Notes under the pieces: generated by a model
What the model was told of the DNA's origin: nothing
The model's input: the letters and a program-made list of their open reading frames with translations, nothing else
Database searches by the model: none
Source of the DNA: Alphaproteobacteria bacterium
GTDB lineage: Bacteria; Pseudomonadota; Alphaproteobacteria; UBA9219
Assembly (NCBI GenBank): GCA_028683655.1
Contig: JAQUHK010000002.1
Coordinates: 996 to 64,995, forward strand
DNA length: 64,000 nt
Direction of reading: 5' to 3'
Part shown: positions 9,866 to 19,620 of the stretch, in pieces
Layout of the letters: the number at the start of each line of letters is the position of its first letter
Numbering within the stretch: the stretch's first letter is position 1
Position numbers and translations under genes: made by a program

Positions 9866-12800
9866 CGACGGACACGAGCGAAAAGGGTCTTGAAACTCTT
9901 ATCATCCGGCATATGACTGGCTTGGATGGCATTGGCGTTGCGCCCAATCAGGTGGCGGAGCAACCCAATGCCTCCGGCACAGGCTACCATGCTGGAAGCC
10001 CCAAGGACTTTGATCGCACCCATATACTCGATGTGCCACAACTCTTTGCCTTCTTACGTGCCACTCAACTCGCCGCCTTTGAAAAGCTTGGCATCGCCAA
10101 TGCTGATGATCCCAAAGACATTACTCGGTTACAGCTTCTTGCGCGACTGTCCTCAGAGATCGGCAAGCGCGGTGTTATCGATGTGATACGCAAAGGCATT
10201 GAGCACGGGCCTGTTCATTTTGATCTGTTCTATGCCACGCCCTCAGAAGGCAATGTTAAGGCGCAAGAGCTTCACGCCAAGAACCGCTTCTCAATCACGC
10301 GTCAGGTTGGATATAGCCTTGATGAGGCACGTCGCGCTCTTGACCTTTGCCTTTTTATCAATGGTCTCCCTATCTCAACGTTTGAGCTGAAAAACAGCCT
10401 GACCAAACAGACCGTCGAAGACGCCGTTGAACAATACCGCCGTGACCGCGACCCACGCGAACTTCTTTTCGGGTTTGGTCGTTGTGTTGTTCATTTCGCC
10501 GTGGATGATAGCGAAGTGCGTATGTGTACAGAACTGAAAGGGAAAGCCTCTTGGTTCCTGCCATTCAACAAGGGGTACAATGATGGAGCAGGAAATCCGC
10601 CAAATTCTACTGGCCTCAAGACGGATTATTTGTGGAAAGAAATCCTTCACCCGCAAAGGCTAACAGAAATTCTTGAAAACTATGCGCAGATTGTCGAAAT
10701 TAAAAATGAAAAGACGGGCAGGAAAAAACGCGTCCAGATTTTCCCTCGCTATCATCAGCTCCGCGTTGTCCGTAAGACTCTGGCGGATGTTCAGGCCAAT
10801 GGGGTCGGTAAACGCTATTTAATCCAGCATTCGGCGGGAAGCGGTAAATCAAACTCTATCGCGTGGCTCTCCCATCAGTTGATCGGTGTGAAACGTAATG
10901 ACAAGGAAGTCTTTGGTTCGGTCATCGTCGTAACAGATCGCACCATATTGGATGACCAGATTCAAAAGACCATTAAGCAATTTTTACAGGTTGGTGCCAT
11001 CGTCGGCCATGCCGAACATTCAGGCGACCTTCGTAAGTTTATTACTGAGGGCAAAAAGATCATCGTCTCTACGGTTCAAAAGTTCCCCTTTATCCTCGAT
11101 GAAATCTCCGCCGTTGGGGGCAAGACGTTTGCCATCGTGATTGATGAGGCTCATTCGAGCCAAGGCGGCAAGACCTCGACTGCCATGAGCAGAGCCCTAA
11201 GCAACCCAACAACCGAAGAAGAAGTTGATCCAGAAGATACCGTCAATGAGGCTTTGGAAAAGCGGATTGCTGGCCGCAGGATGCTCACGAATGCGAGTTA
11301 TTTTGCGTTTACCGCGACGCCCAAGAACAAAACGCTCGAAATGTTTGGTGAGGCTTTGCCACCGGATTCAGAAGGCAAAGTCAAACATACACCCTTTGAC
11401 AGCTATACAATGAAACAGGCCATTGAAGAGAGGTTCATCCTTGATGTTTTGAAGGCCTACACACCTGTTGATAGCTATTACAAGCTAATCAAGCGGATTG
11501 AAGATGATCCTGAGTTTGATGCTAAACGCGCCAACAAAAAGCTTCGCAAGTTCGTTGAAACTCATGATCACGCCATCCGCCTAAAGGCGGAGATTATGGT
11601 TGACCACTTCCATAATCAAGTTATCGCCTCCGGTAAGATCGGTGGGCAAGCCCGCGCCATGATCATCACGAATGGCATTGAGCGTGCGATTCAATACTAT
11701 CACGCGGTCAAAGACTATCTTGTCGAGCGAAAGAGCCCCTATCAAGCCATCGTTGCCTTCTCTGGTGAGCCAGAATACAAGGGCATCAAAGTCAGTGAAG
11801 CTTCCCTAAACGGCTTTTCTAGCAATGACATTGCGGACAGAATTCAAAATGATCCGTATCGTTTCCTGATTTGTGCCAACAAGTTCCAAACAGGCTATGA
11901 CGAACCGCTTTTGCACACAATGTATGTGGACAAGCCTCTTGCTGGCATTCAGGCTGTGCAGACCCTTTCACGGCTTAATCGGGCGCATCCGCAAAAACAT
12001 GACTGCTTTGTCCTCGACTTCCAAAATAACAGCGAGTCCATCACTCTCGCGTTTCAGGATTACTACCGCACAACTATCCTGAGTGAAGAAACCGATCCCA
12101 ATAAGCTTCACGACTTGAAAGCCGCGTTGGACGACGCTCAGGTCTATTCACCGCAACAGATTGAGACATTCGTCTCGCTATTTTTGGCGGGTGCAGAGCG
12201 CGACAAGCTAGACCCCATTTTGGATGTCTGCGTTGCAACATACAGTGAAGCCCTTGATGAAGATCAGCAGGTCGATTTTAAGGGCAAGGCAAAGATGTTC
12301 ACAAGAACTTATGACTTCCTTGCCTCGGTGATGCCGTACACGAACAGCGAGTGGGAAAGGCTTTCAATACTGTTGAACCTCCTTGTTCCGAAACTCCCTG
12401 CACCTAAGGAGCAAGATTTATCGAAAGGCATTTTAGAAGCCATCGATATGGATAGCTACCGCGTCGAGAAAAAGGCCGTGATGAAGCTTGCCTTAGAGAA
12501 TAAGGATGCAAGCATTGCTCCGATCCCATTGGATAACCGTGGTGGGAGGGCGGAGCCTGAGTTGGATAGGCTTAGCAACATTATTCATAGCTTTAATGAA
12601 AACTTCGGCACATTGTTCACGGACTCCGACCGCGTCGTAAAGCGTATCAGAGAAGATATTGTGCCTCAGGTGGCTGCGGATATTGCATACCAGAACGCCA
12701 AGCAGAACACCCCACACACAGCTCGCATGGCTCACGATCAAGCGTTAAATCGAGTTATGCAGGCACTTTTGAAAGACGACACACACGTCTACAAACAGTT

Positions 12801-12876
12801 TGTTGAGAACGAGTCCTTCAAACGCTTTGTCAGCGACATGGTCTTTGGGATAACAAACGAGGCTCGGCCAACTTGA
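9862..12876 (+). CDS. hsdR: Type I restriction enzyme R subunit HsdR (ResIII/SF2 helicase)
   Basis: Walker A HSAGSGKSNS; DEAH-like VIDEAHSSQ; motif III FTATP; QTLSRLNR motif VI. ATGA overlap with the darG stop. Confidence 0.9.
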   Translation: MTTDTSEKGLETLIIRHMTGLDGIGVAPNQVAEQPNASGTGYHAGSPKDFDRTHILDVPQLFAFLRATQLAAFEKLGIANADDPKDITRLQLLARLSSEIGKRGVIDVIRKGIEHGPVHFDLFYATPSEGNVKAQELHAKNRFSITRQVGYSLDEARRALDLCLFINGLPISTFELKNSLTKQTVEDAVEQYRRDRDPRELLFGFGRCVVHFAVDDSEVRMCTELKGKASWFLPFNKGYNDGAGNPPNSTGLKTDYLWKEILHPQRLTEILENYAQIVEIKNEKTGRKKRVQIFPRYHQLRVVRKTLADVQANGVGKRYLIQHSAGSGKSNSIAWLSHQLIGVKRNDKEVFGSVIVVTDRTILDDQIQKTIKQFLQVGAIVGHAEHSGDLRKFITEGKKIIVSTVQKFPFILDEISAVGGKTFAIVIDEAHSSQGGKTSTAMSRALSNPTTEEEVDPEDTVNEALEKRIAGRRMLTNASYFAFTATPKNKTLEMFGEALPPDSEGKVKHTPFDSYTMKQAIEERFILDVLKAYTPVDSYYKLIKRIEDDPEFDAKRANKKLRKFVETHDHAIRLKAEIMVDHFHNQVIASGKIGGQARAMIITNGIERAIQYYHAVKDYLVERKSPYQAIVAFSGEPEYKGIKVSEASLNGFSSNDIADRIQNDPYRFLICANKFQTGYDEPLLHTMYVDKPLAGIQAVQTLSRLNRAHPQKHDCFVLDFQNNSESITLAFQDYYRTTILSEETDPNKLHDLKAALDDAQVYSPQQIETFVSLFLAGAERDKLDPILDVCVATYSEALDEDQQVDFKGKAKMFTRTYDFLASVMPYTNSEWERLSILLNLLVPKLPAPKEQDLSKGILEAIDMDSYRVEKKAVMKLALENKDASIAPIPLDNRGGRAEPELDRLSNIIHSFNENFGTLFTDSDRVVKRIREDIVPQVAADIAYQNAKQNTPHTARMAHDQALNRVMQALLKDDTHVYKQFVENESFKRFVSDMVFGITNEARPT

Positions 12877-13139
12877 TAACTCTTAGCTCCATATAAAATT
12901 GATACGTTTGCCTTTAGAAGTTTTTCTAAAGAGGTGGGTGCGATTAAAATCTTCCTACGTTACCAATATCTGGCAACTTCCTACCTGTAAGTGGTAGATT
13001 AGCGCTTTTTAAACCATTGTTTTTCCTAATAGTTTCATGCGCTGGCTGGTACAATGCCTTCATTGGATTTTGCGTGATGGCTACGGATTTTAGTTAACAA
13101 ATAGTGAAAGCATTTTGACTTAACACATAAGGAGGAGAT

Positions 13140-13619
13140 ATGTTGGGAATAGCTTTTTTAGATTTCAGACCCCTTTCAATTCCAACGATTGACTGGGGCA
13201 AAAAGGTTCGGAGCTTTTTGAACGTGACCGAGAGTCCTCGCTTCACATATGTCATGTCTGTAATAACTACAGAAGATGATATGCGCGAGCCCACTAGTTT
13301 GGGAATGATTTATCGTGACGAATTGCTCGGCAAGACCTATAGCGCTGACAGCCTCCTTTTTGAGAAAAAAGGGAATACCCATAAATCTCTTTGCTCAGCA
13401 CTAGAAGTTGAACGTCCTGAACAGCTTAAAGCTAAAATGACCCGGGCTGCCTTTAAGAAAGCTGGATTGAAGCCGCTTGGTATTGACGTTGAAAATGATT
13501 TTGTTTCCTTCCTGAAGGAAACAGCCGAAAAGGCAGGGATCGTTTTCATAGATCGTAGGGCACGGACAGCTACTAATGGAATGTCGCCGAATGGCATTCC
13601 TGTATGCGCACTCGTCTAA
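13140..13619 (+). CDS. Hypothetical protein (159 aa)
   Basis: Good RBS taaggaggagat before the ATG; no recognisable domain. Confidence 0.45.
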   Translation: MLGIAFLDFRPLSIPTIDWGKKVRSFLNVTESPRFTYVMSVITTEDDMREPTSLGMIYRDELLGKTYSADSLLFEKKGNTHKSLCSALEVERPEQLKAKMTRAAFKKAGLKPLGIDVENDFVSFLKETAEKAGIVFIDRRARTATNGMSPNGIPVCALV

Positions 13620-13992
13620 TCATTCTCATTTCGGAGACTGACCATGTCGAAGTGTGCGTTCGTTGCGCCACCATCCGGGCTTGTGCCTGTTGATTACCGG
13701 AAGAACATCCAAAATCAGATTTTGGCGTGCGATCCCGCCATTGTATTGGCATGCAAAGACTATGTTGTATTTTATTCCGGCCCGTCCATTGCGGTTATTA
13801 ATGAACTCGGTTACATATCGTACAATAATAACGACAGATCAGCGATACTGGCCCACGCCCTTAGCCCTTGGTTCAAATATGGAAGAGCCTCTTTAAAGCG
13901 TTGTTCAAGAGGAAGTCCAGCAAACTCGCGGGCATTCGGGCGAAGGTCCAAGATCAAGCCCTCCGTATCCTCAACGCTTCCGTCTGCCCATG

Positions 13993-14517
13993 TTAAGCAA
14001 TCTTAAGCCGTTCAAGAGCACTAGGGGGGATAAGCCGTTCAAGATAACAAATTGGGGCTGATGATCCATCGGCAAAAAGGGCAATTGTTTTACTTTTAAT
14101 AATTGCCCCTCTACGAACATGGGCCTGTAGCCACTTCGTATAGTCCTCACGAATTGTAAACACAGATAAATGCTGCCCGTGAGAAAGAGCCCAGTTGTCA
14201 AGCATAGCAAGAAATACGCTTACCGCTTTTGATCCCCTGTAATTGGGATACACATAGGCCTCGCCATATCGGACCGTCATTTCGTCAACCTTATTTGCCG
14301 TCATCGCACCGACAAGAGATTCCCCTGAAAACGACCCTACAATTACATGGTTTGGCGTTTCCTTGCAGCGGGCCCCCCATTCGCTCATTGTACAGACCAG
14401 TTCCGTTTTGGGATTGCCTGTCGAATAACGGCTGTCAGGTCCCGTTAGCGCGATTGTGCGAAGCTGTTTATATTTCGCCGCGTCATTTTCATCCAGAAAA
14501 CGGAAAGTCATACTCAT
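13993..14517 (-). CDS. GNAT-family N-acetyltransferase (putative)
   Basis: VYPNYRGSKAVSVFLAMLDNWAL resembles GNAT motif A (R/Q-x-x-G-x-G/A). Confidence 0.5.
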   Translation of the reverse strand: MSMTFRFLDENDAAKYKQLRTIALTGPDSRYSTGNPKTELVCTMSEWGARCKETPNHVIVGSFSGESLVGAMTANKVDEMTVRYGEAYVYPNYRGSKAVSVFLAMLDNWALSHGQHLSVFTIREDYTKWLQAHVRRGAIIKSKTIALFADGSSAPICYLERLIPPSALERLKIA

Positions 14518-15158
14518 TCAACAATCTCCGCTTCTTTCCATGCCGCATCAAAAGCAAATCTATACGCTGCCGCAAATGGACCTGCTTTGTGAAGGACAAC
14601 ATAGGGGGGGGTCTGGTGATCGAAAGAAATAAGTGCCAGATTATCGCCATAGGCATAGAAAGAGACGTCAGGCATTCCAATAATTTTTTTCTGTCGTCGT
14701 AAATCAGCCCACGTTCGTTTGAAGTTACCATCGGCTGCCAAAATCCGACCTCGTATCTTGCCTGTCTTTGCAAGATCAAGCATTTTCTTGCGATAAGCTT
14801 CTATGTTCTTAACAGCTTTTTGAAACGCACACTCGTTTGTAATGGATGCAAAAACATCCCCACCAAATTGTTCGAGGTAAGCTTCAACCTGTATTAAGAA
14901 ATCATTAAACCTATCTCGCCCTTCAAAAATCTCAACACCGATCGGTGCGCGACGAACGCCTTCATTTTCGATAAACTCAACACCAGCGTTACGAAAAGCC
15001 ACTGCTATTTTTTCAATCGTTTCTCTCTTCGGCGAGCTTTCTTCATTTTCAATATAGTGGATCGCTGCTGTGCTTAATCCACTATGCTTCGCGAGATCAC
15101 TACGATCCCAACCTAAAAGGACACGCGCTGCCCGAATTTGCTTGCCTGAAACGTGCAT
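14514..15158 (-). CDS. XRE-family HTH transcriptional regulator with C-terminal unknown domain (paralog family member)
   Basis: N-term QIRAARVLLGWDRSDLAKHSGLSTAAIHYIENE shares its pattern with 15983, 17444, 29168 and 53523. Confidence 0.65.
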   Translation of the reverse strand: MHVSGKQIRAARVLLGWDRSDLAKHSGLSTAAIHYIENEESSPKRETIEKIAVAFRNAGVEFIENEGVRRAPIGVEIFEGRDRFNDFLIQVEAYLEQFGGDVFASITNECAFQKAVKNIEAYRKKMLDLAKTGKIRGRILAADGNFKRTWADLRRQKKIIGMPDVSFYAYGDNLALISFDHQTPPYVVLHKAGPFAAAYRFAFDAAWKEAEIVE

Positions 15159-15446
15159 TACCTTACCTCATAAAAAGTATGTGCAGTTTATACCATTGCA
15201 GCAATTAAGATTGAAAGAAAAATCGTTCGATATGACGTTCGCTACCCATTATGAGTAAAAGGATGCCATTTATTGGTAGTCAAAAGGTTACTATTTTATT
15301 AACCCTCCTAGCTTACGCGCCCCATCGGTATAATCGGATTATACTGGCAGGCTATATCGAATATACATTATTGTTGCTTGAACCTGAGCTTTACGCTATT
15401 GTCCAACACATGCATTAAGTCGAATTTTCAATTATGAGGATACAAA

Positions 15447-15617
15447 ATGATTGATTTTGAAACGATTTACAAAAAGCACGGCGAAGATTTTATCTGGAAT
15501 ATCATGCATATCTGGGAAAAAGACAACAAAGTTCAGCATTTTCATATGACACTAGAACAACGTTGGGAACATTTTATCCTCTGCACAGACACCGCAGCCC
15601 ATTCAGTGATGCATTAA
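15447..15617 (+). CDS. Small hypothetical protein (56 aa)
   Basis: ATG preceded by gagga RBS; below the ORF-track size cutoff. Confidence 0.3.
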   Translation: MIDFETIYKKHGEDFIWNIMHIWEKDNKVQHFHMTLEQRWEHFILCTDTAAHSVMH

Positions 15618-15627
15618 GGTCTGCGCC

Positions 15628-15963
15628 ATGACAAAACCTAAGAGCCTTTCCCCCGACCAGCTATTTGCTAAAGCCGTCAATCAGGTGGGCCGCGACCTTT
15701 CTTCCAGCGATCTACGCCTTTTGACTTCCGGCCTCGTGGCTCTGCGCGAAGCGCATGGAAAGCTTTTGAACGAAATCGAACTCAAAGCTCTTTCTGGCAT
15801 GATTGCCTTTGTGGCCTATTCACAAGAAGCCAACGAAACAACCGTCATGGCCGTTCTATTGGCGCATTTTTGTTTTGAAGACGTAAAAATGATTCCCTCG
15901 CGCCTGTATGATAGCGCGATGGATTTCTTGATGAATGTAAAGATGAAACACATCGTAAACTGA
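15628..15963 (+). CDS. Hypothetical protein (111 aa)
   Basis: ORF only. Confidence 0.4.
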   Translation: MTKPKSLSPDQLFAKAVNQVGRDLSSSDLRLLTSGLVALREAHGKLLNEIELKALSGMIAFVAYSQEANETTVMAVLLAHFCFEDVKMIPSRLYDSAMDFLMNVKMKHIVN

Positions 15964-15982
15964 TTTTTGGAAAACAAATTTT

Positions 15983-16672
15983 ATGAACACCGTGACCGCC
16001 GAACAGATTAGAGGGGCGCGATCCATGCAAAAATGGACACGCGAGGAAATGGCCGAGGCATCGGGGCTGTCTCGCAATACCATTTGCAATTTGGAATCCG
16101 GCGATCTTATTCCGCGCGGCAAGACGCTTGAGAAACTGTGCCAGGCCATGAAAGAGGTCGGGCTTGAGTTTACTGATGGCGGCGTTCGTCGCATAAGAAT
16201 GGATGTTGCGCTAATAGAAGGGGAAGACAGCGTTGACATTTTCCTCGACCTTCTTTTGAGCAAGGCAAAGAGCAAGGGGGGAGAAATCATCGGCATTTTT
16301 CCAACTCAAAAAGTTATGATGAAATCCCTTGGCATTGAAAACGGAAATTTTGAGCGTCTCAAAAAGATTCTGGTTCATGCCGATATGAAGGTTCTGTTAC
16401 GGGAAGCTGACGCGCCACAGTTCTTGCTCGACAAATTCCAGTACAAAATTGCACATGAAAGCTGCAATTGCGCCATGTCGTATTTTGTTTTTGATAATAG
16501 CTTTGCGATGGTGTTCCACGGCAACCGAGTACAATATAAGTACGCTGTTTTTAACAACACAGAAACAGCTATAGGAAACAGGATATATTTCAGTGGTGCG
16601 TGGATTGCTGCATCCTTCCGTCAAGCTTCGCGCCCCGTTCAACATAAGAAAGAAGAGCGTGCCCGCGCATAA
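15983..16672 (+). CDS. XRE-family HTH regulator paralog (229 aa)
   Basis: EQIRGARSMQKWTREEMAEASGLSRNTICNLESGD HTH motif; same family as 14514..15158 and 29168..29821. Confidence 0.65.
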   Translation: MNTVTAEQIRGARSMQKWTREEMAEASGLSRNTICNLESGDLIPRGKTLEKLCQAMKEVGLEFTDGGVRRIRMDVALIEGEDSVDIFLDLLLSKAKSKGGEIIGIFPTQKVMMKSLGIENGNFERLKKILVHADMKVLLREADAPQFLLDKFQYKIAHESCNCAMSYFVFDNSFAMVFHGNRVQYKYAVFNNTETAIGNRIYFSGAWIAASFRQASRPVQHKKEERARA

Positions 16673-16908
16673 CAAAAGGCGCATTAAGGCTTGAAGTCGC
16701 ACAATTCCCTGTGCGGCTTCTTTTTTGTTCACAGCACCGCATAATATGTTTGCGCTTTTGCACAACAGATTCAGCAGAACAACCAAATTGAATCGCAATT
16801 GGTTCTTATAACCAAAAACTTGGTTCCTGTGCCTTAAAATTGGTCTTCTTTTTTTCTCCTCAAACCGCGCATGTAATCCTTGTTGATATTGAACAAGGAG
16901 ATTTCAAC

Positions 16909-17436
16909 ATGACGATAGGCACGACAAACAAACACCTCATCCACAACATTCATGAACCGCTTTTCACGTTCGCTTGGGATCGCGCGGAGCGCGTCAATCT
17001 CATCCTTTTCAGCGAAGACGGTAACGAGGTTCTGACCGTGAAGAAAGGCAAAGACTTCGATATTCTACGCGGGGTCCGCGAATGGGACGACAACACGCTA
17101 GAAGATACGGCACGACGCGTGGCAATAGATCATGCCAGCGCAACGCTTGATGCGGTGACAATCTGCGCCGTGCTTTCAACTCAGGGCGAACTACTTTGTG
17201 AAGTCTCGTATGAACTTGTCATAACCGCCTTTGTCAAAAGTCTAGGGCCGCGCCGCGCATGGCAAGAAACAGAATGCGAATTCATCGACAAAGAAACATT
17301 TCTTAAACGCTATCGTTCCGGCGACCGTGAGGAAATGGAAGTGCTGATTGGTATGGCAGAAGATTTTCGGGTGCGCCGTAGAACAGGCAAAAATTACCGT
17401 GAGCTGTCACAAACGAAATTCTCACAAAAGGCATAG
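16909..17436 (+). CDS. Hypothetical protein (176 aa)
   Basis: GGAGA RBS before the ATG at 16909; track ORF starts upstream at 16840. Confidence 0.4.
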   Translation: MTIGTTNKHLIHNIHEPLFTFAWDRAERVNLILFSEDGNEVLTVKKGKDFDILRGVREWDDNTLEDTARRVAIDHASATLDAVTICAVLSTQGELLCEVSYELVITAFVKSLGPRRAWQETECEFIDKETFLKRYRSGDREEMEVLIGMAEDFRVRRRTGKNYRELSQTKFSQKA

Positions 17437-17443
17437 GACACAA

Positions 17444-17770
17444 ATGATTTCTCGACAGCCTATCCCTAGACAAATCAAAGCCGCACGGGCATTGCTGAGT
17501 TGGACACGCAAGGATCTTGGCAACGAATCCGGCATGTGCGCAGAAACGATCAAAAACATCGAATATGGCGTCTCTTCGCCAAAGAAAGAAACACTAGCGG
17601 CGCTTGTCGATGCCTTCGCCCGTCATGGCGTTCAATTTGTTCACTATGAGACGCTTACCGGCGGTCCAACGGAGAGGGCCTCGAAGTGCTCATTGAAAGT
17701 CATTTCTTATGTTGGCGCGGTTCATCTCACTGTTACCGCACCTGAAATCATGGAGGAAGATCATGATTAA
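17444..17770 (+). CDS. Short XRE-family HTH regulator (108 aa), same paralog family
   Basis: RQIKAARALLSWTRKDLGNESGMCAETIKNIEYG. Confidence 0.6.
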   Translation: MISRQPIPRQIKAARALLSWTRKDLGNESGMCAETIKNIEYGVSSPKKETLAALVDAFARHGVQFVHYETLTGGPTERASKCSLKVISYVGAVHLTVTAPEIMEEDHD

Positions 17771-18035
17771 CTGCATGCACCCAAGTCGCATTCTCGATCA
17801 AATCACCACCGCAACAGATAAACGGTTTGAGCTTGTCGCGTGTATTGCTGACGCAATAGTTGAAACGACAATGGAGGTCGGTTACTGCGCGCAGGTAACT
17901 CTCATAGACAAAGGCTTCACGCATCAAGATGTAGCATATCTCTGGCATTTTGCCTGTGCGCTTGCTGACGTTGAACTTAAGTGCAGCAAGAACGGCATTT
18001 GTTCCCCTTTCGAGAAGGGGGTGCGCTATGCATAA
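17763..18035 (+). CDS. Hypothetical protein (90 aa)
   Basis: ATG at 17763 preceded by ggaggaag; overlaps neighbouring genes by a few nt. Confidence 0.35.
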   Translation: MINCMHPSRILDQITTATDKRFELVACIADAIVETTMEVGYCAQVTLIDKGFTHQDVAYLWHFACALADVELKCSKNGICSPFEKGVRYA

Positions 18036-18315
18036 AACGAAAGCTTGCTCGTCCCCTGCCTACATTAAGAAAGAGAGAATATCAAAACCAACAGAGAAAC
18101 TAACGCATAGAGAAGTCGAAATTTTGACTTGGAGCGCGAGAGGCAAGACACGCTCGGAAATATCCATCATACTGTCACTTTCTGAAGAAACAGTCAAAGA
18201 TCATTTAGCAAGAATCCTTCGGAAGCTGGGAGCAGTTAATAAAGTGCATGCTGTTTCAATAGCGTGTGTTCTAGGACTGATTGTGCCCTATCAAGAAAGC
18301 AACTTGAACGAGTGA
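18028..18315 (+). CDS. LuxR/GerE-type HTH transcriptional regulator (DNA-binding domain only)
   Basis: LTHREVEILTWSARGKTRSEISIILSLSEETVKDHLARILRKLGAVNKVHAV matches the GerE HTH. Confidence 0.65.
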   Translation: MHKTKACSSPAYIKKERISKPTEKLTHREVEILTWSARGKTRSEISIILSLSEETVKDHLARILRKLGAVNKVHAVSIACVLGLIVPYQESNLNE

Positions 18316-18457
18316 ATAAGAGAACAATGCCCCCAAACGGGGGATAACAATTAATTTGGCAAAGTGCTATGGGATGATGGCGGGCTAACAGGCAAGACAT
18401 AGAAAACATGGACGCTTAGTATATAAAATATGTCAAAATTGTGGCTTGATCTTTATT

Positions 18458-18481
18458 CCAATGAGCAATAGGCTCATTAGG
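18458..18481. promoter_or_regulatory. Near-palindromic putative operator (CCAATGAGC-N5-GCTCATTAGG) about 55 bp upstream of the aaRS-like gene
   Basis: Inverted repeat ATGAGC / GCTCAT with flanking complementarity, seen directly in sequence. Confidence 0.3.
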
Positions 18482-18533
18482 CAAGGGCTTTTATGACGAT
18501 CAGTGGCTTATTTCTCAAACATAGGAGGAACTA

Positions 18534-19589
18534 GTGCTTAGTGGTGCTCAAAAAGAAGTAGACGTGGCTAATCAACCGATTATAACGCCTTGTAATGCTT
18601 GGAAGAACAAGGAATTCTACCTTAAAAATCTTTTGCAAGACCCTTGGTACGCCTTCACTTCAAAACTTCTGAGTGCAATCTACGTGGCAACACACGATTT
18701 CTTTGAAAAGAAATCTATCAAGCCTTTTGTTTTCCCGATTACAACGGGCTCTGTCAGCAGCCCCATGGGCATGGGAAGTGATTCTCTTCCTGTTCAGATA
18801 TCACTGAGGGGCAATGATGTCTTCCTAGCCGATTCCATGCAGTTTTCGCTTGAAGTCGGAACTAGGCTTAATCGAGATGGAGCGTACTATGTTATGCCAA
18901 CCTTTCGTGGGGAATCTGTTGATTCACGTCACTTAAATGAATTTGTTCACGCCGAAGTTGAGATTCCCGGAGTGCTTAATGACGTTCAAGATCTGGCTGA
19001 AGGCTATATCCGCCACCTCGTGGCTTACTTGCTCGAAAACTGTGAAAAGGAAGTAGCAGAAATTGCTGGAGACATTGATCATCTTCTTCTCTTGTCGGCG
19101 CGACGCGATCCTTTCACAAAAATTTCCTACAGCGATGCGATACAGGAAATTTTATCCGTGGATGGTGCGCTAGAAGATATTGGCACTGGGTTCTCCAACA
19201 TCACAGCTCTTGGTGAGAAAGCCCTTATGCGCAAACATGGCGACTTCATCTGGTTAACTCATATGCCATGGAGAAATGTGCCGTTTTATCAAGCACAATT
19301 GCAGGGCACCGCCTATTCGATGACGGGTGACCTTCTTGCCGGAATAGGGGAAATTCTTGGATGCGGGCAGCGTGTTGGCTCGCTAGCAGATCTTGAAGAG
19401 TCCCTGCGGGTTCACAATGTTAGCGCAGCGGGTTATGAGTGGTATGCTGAAATGCGTGATCTTTGCCCTATGCAAACCTCTGGCTTTGGCCTTGGAATTG
19501 AGCGATTTCTGCTTTGGGCAACACAAACAAATGATATCCGGAATTGCAGCCTCCTGTATCGTGATCACAACCAGATCTTTTACCCATAA
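18534..19589 (+). CDS. Class II (subclass IIb) aminoacyl-tRNA synthetase catalytic-core paralog / AsnA-like amino-acid ligase, no anticodon-binding domain
   Basis: Motif 2-like PTFRGESVDSRHLNEFVHAEVE (fRxE); motif 3-like SGFGLGIERFLLWAT. GTG start 6 nt after AGGAGG. Length 351 aa is a catalytic core only. Confidence 0.6.
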   Translation: MLSGAQKEVDVANQPIITPCNAWKNKEFYLKNLLQDPWYAFTSKLLSAIYVATHDFFEKKSIKPFVFPITTGSVSSPMGMGSDSLPVQISLRGNDVFLADSMQFSLEVGTRLNRDGAYYVMPTFRGESVDSRHLNEFVHAEVEIPGVLNDVQDLAEGYIRHLVAYLLENCEKEVAEIAGDIDHLLLLSARRDPFTKISYSDAIQEILSVDGALEDIGTGFSNITALGEKALMRKHGDFIWLTHMPWRNVPFYQAQLQGTAYSMTGDLLAGIGEILGCGQRVGSLADLEESLRVHNVSAAGYEWYAEMRDLCPMQTSGFGLGIERFLLWATQTNDIRNCSLLYRDHNQIFYP

Positions 19590-19620
19590 ACCTGTCTACC
19601 TTATATGAAAGGCCTTCACC

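Noticed and set aside
13644-14006. 120-aa plus ORF with ggaga RBS
   Set aside because: No motif; its 3' end overlaps the convergent GNAT gene. Left uncalled as uncertain (it could be real).
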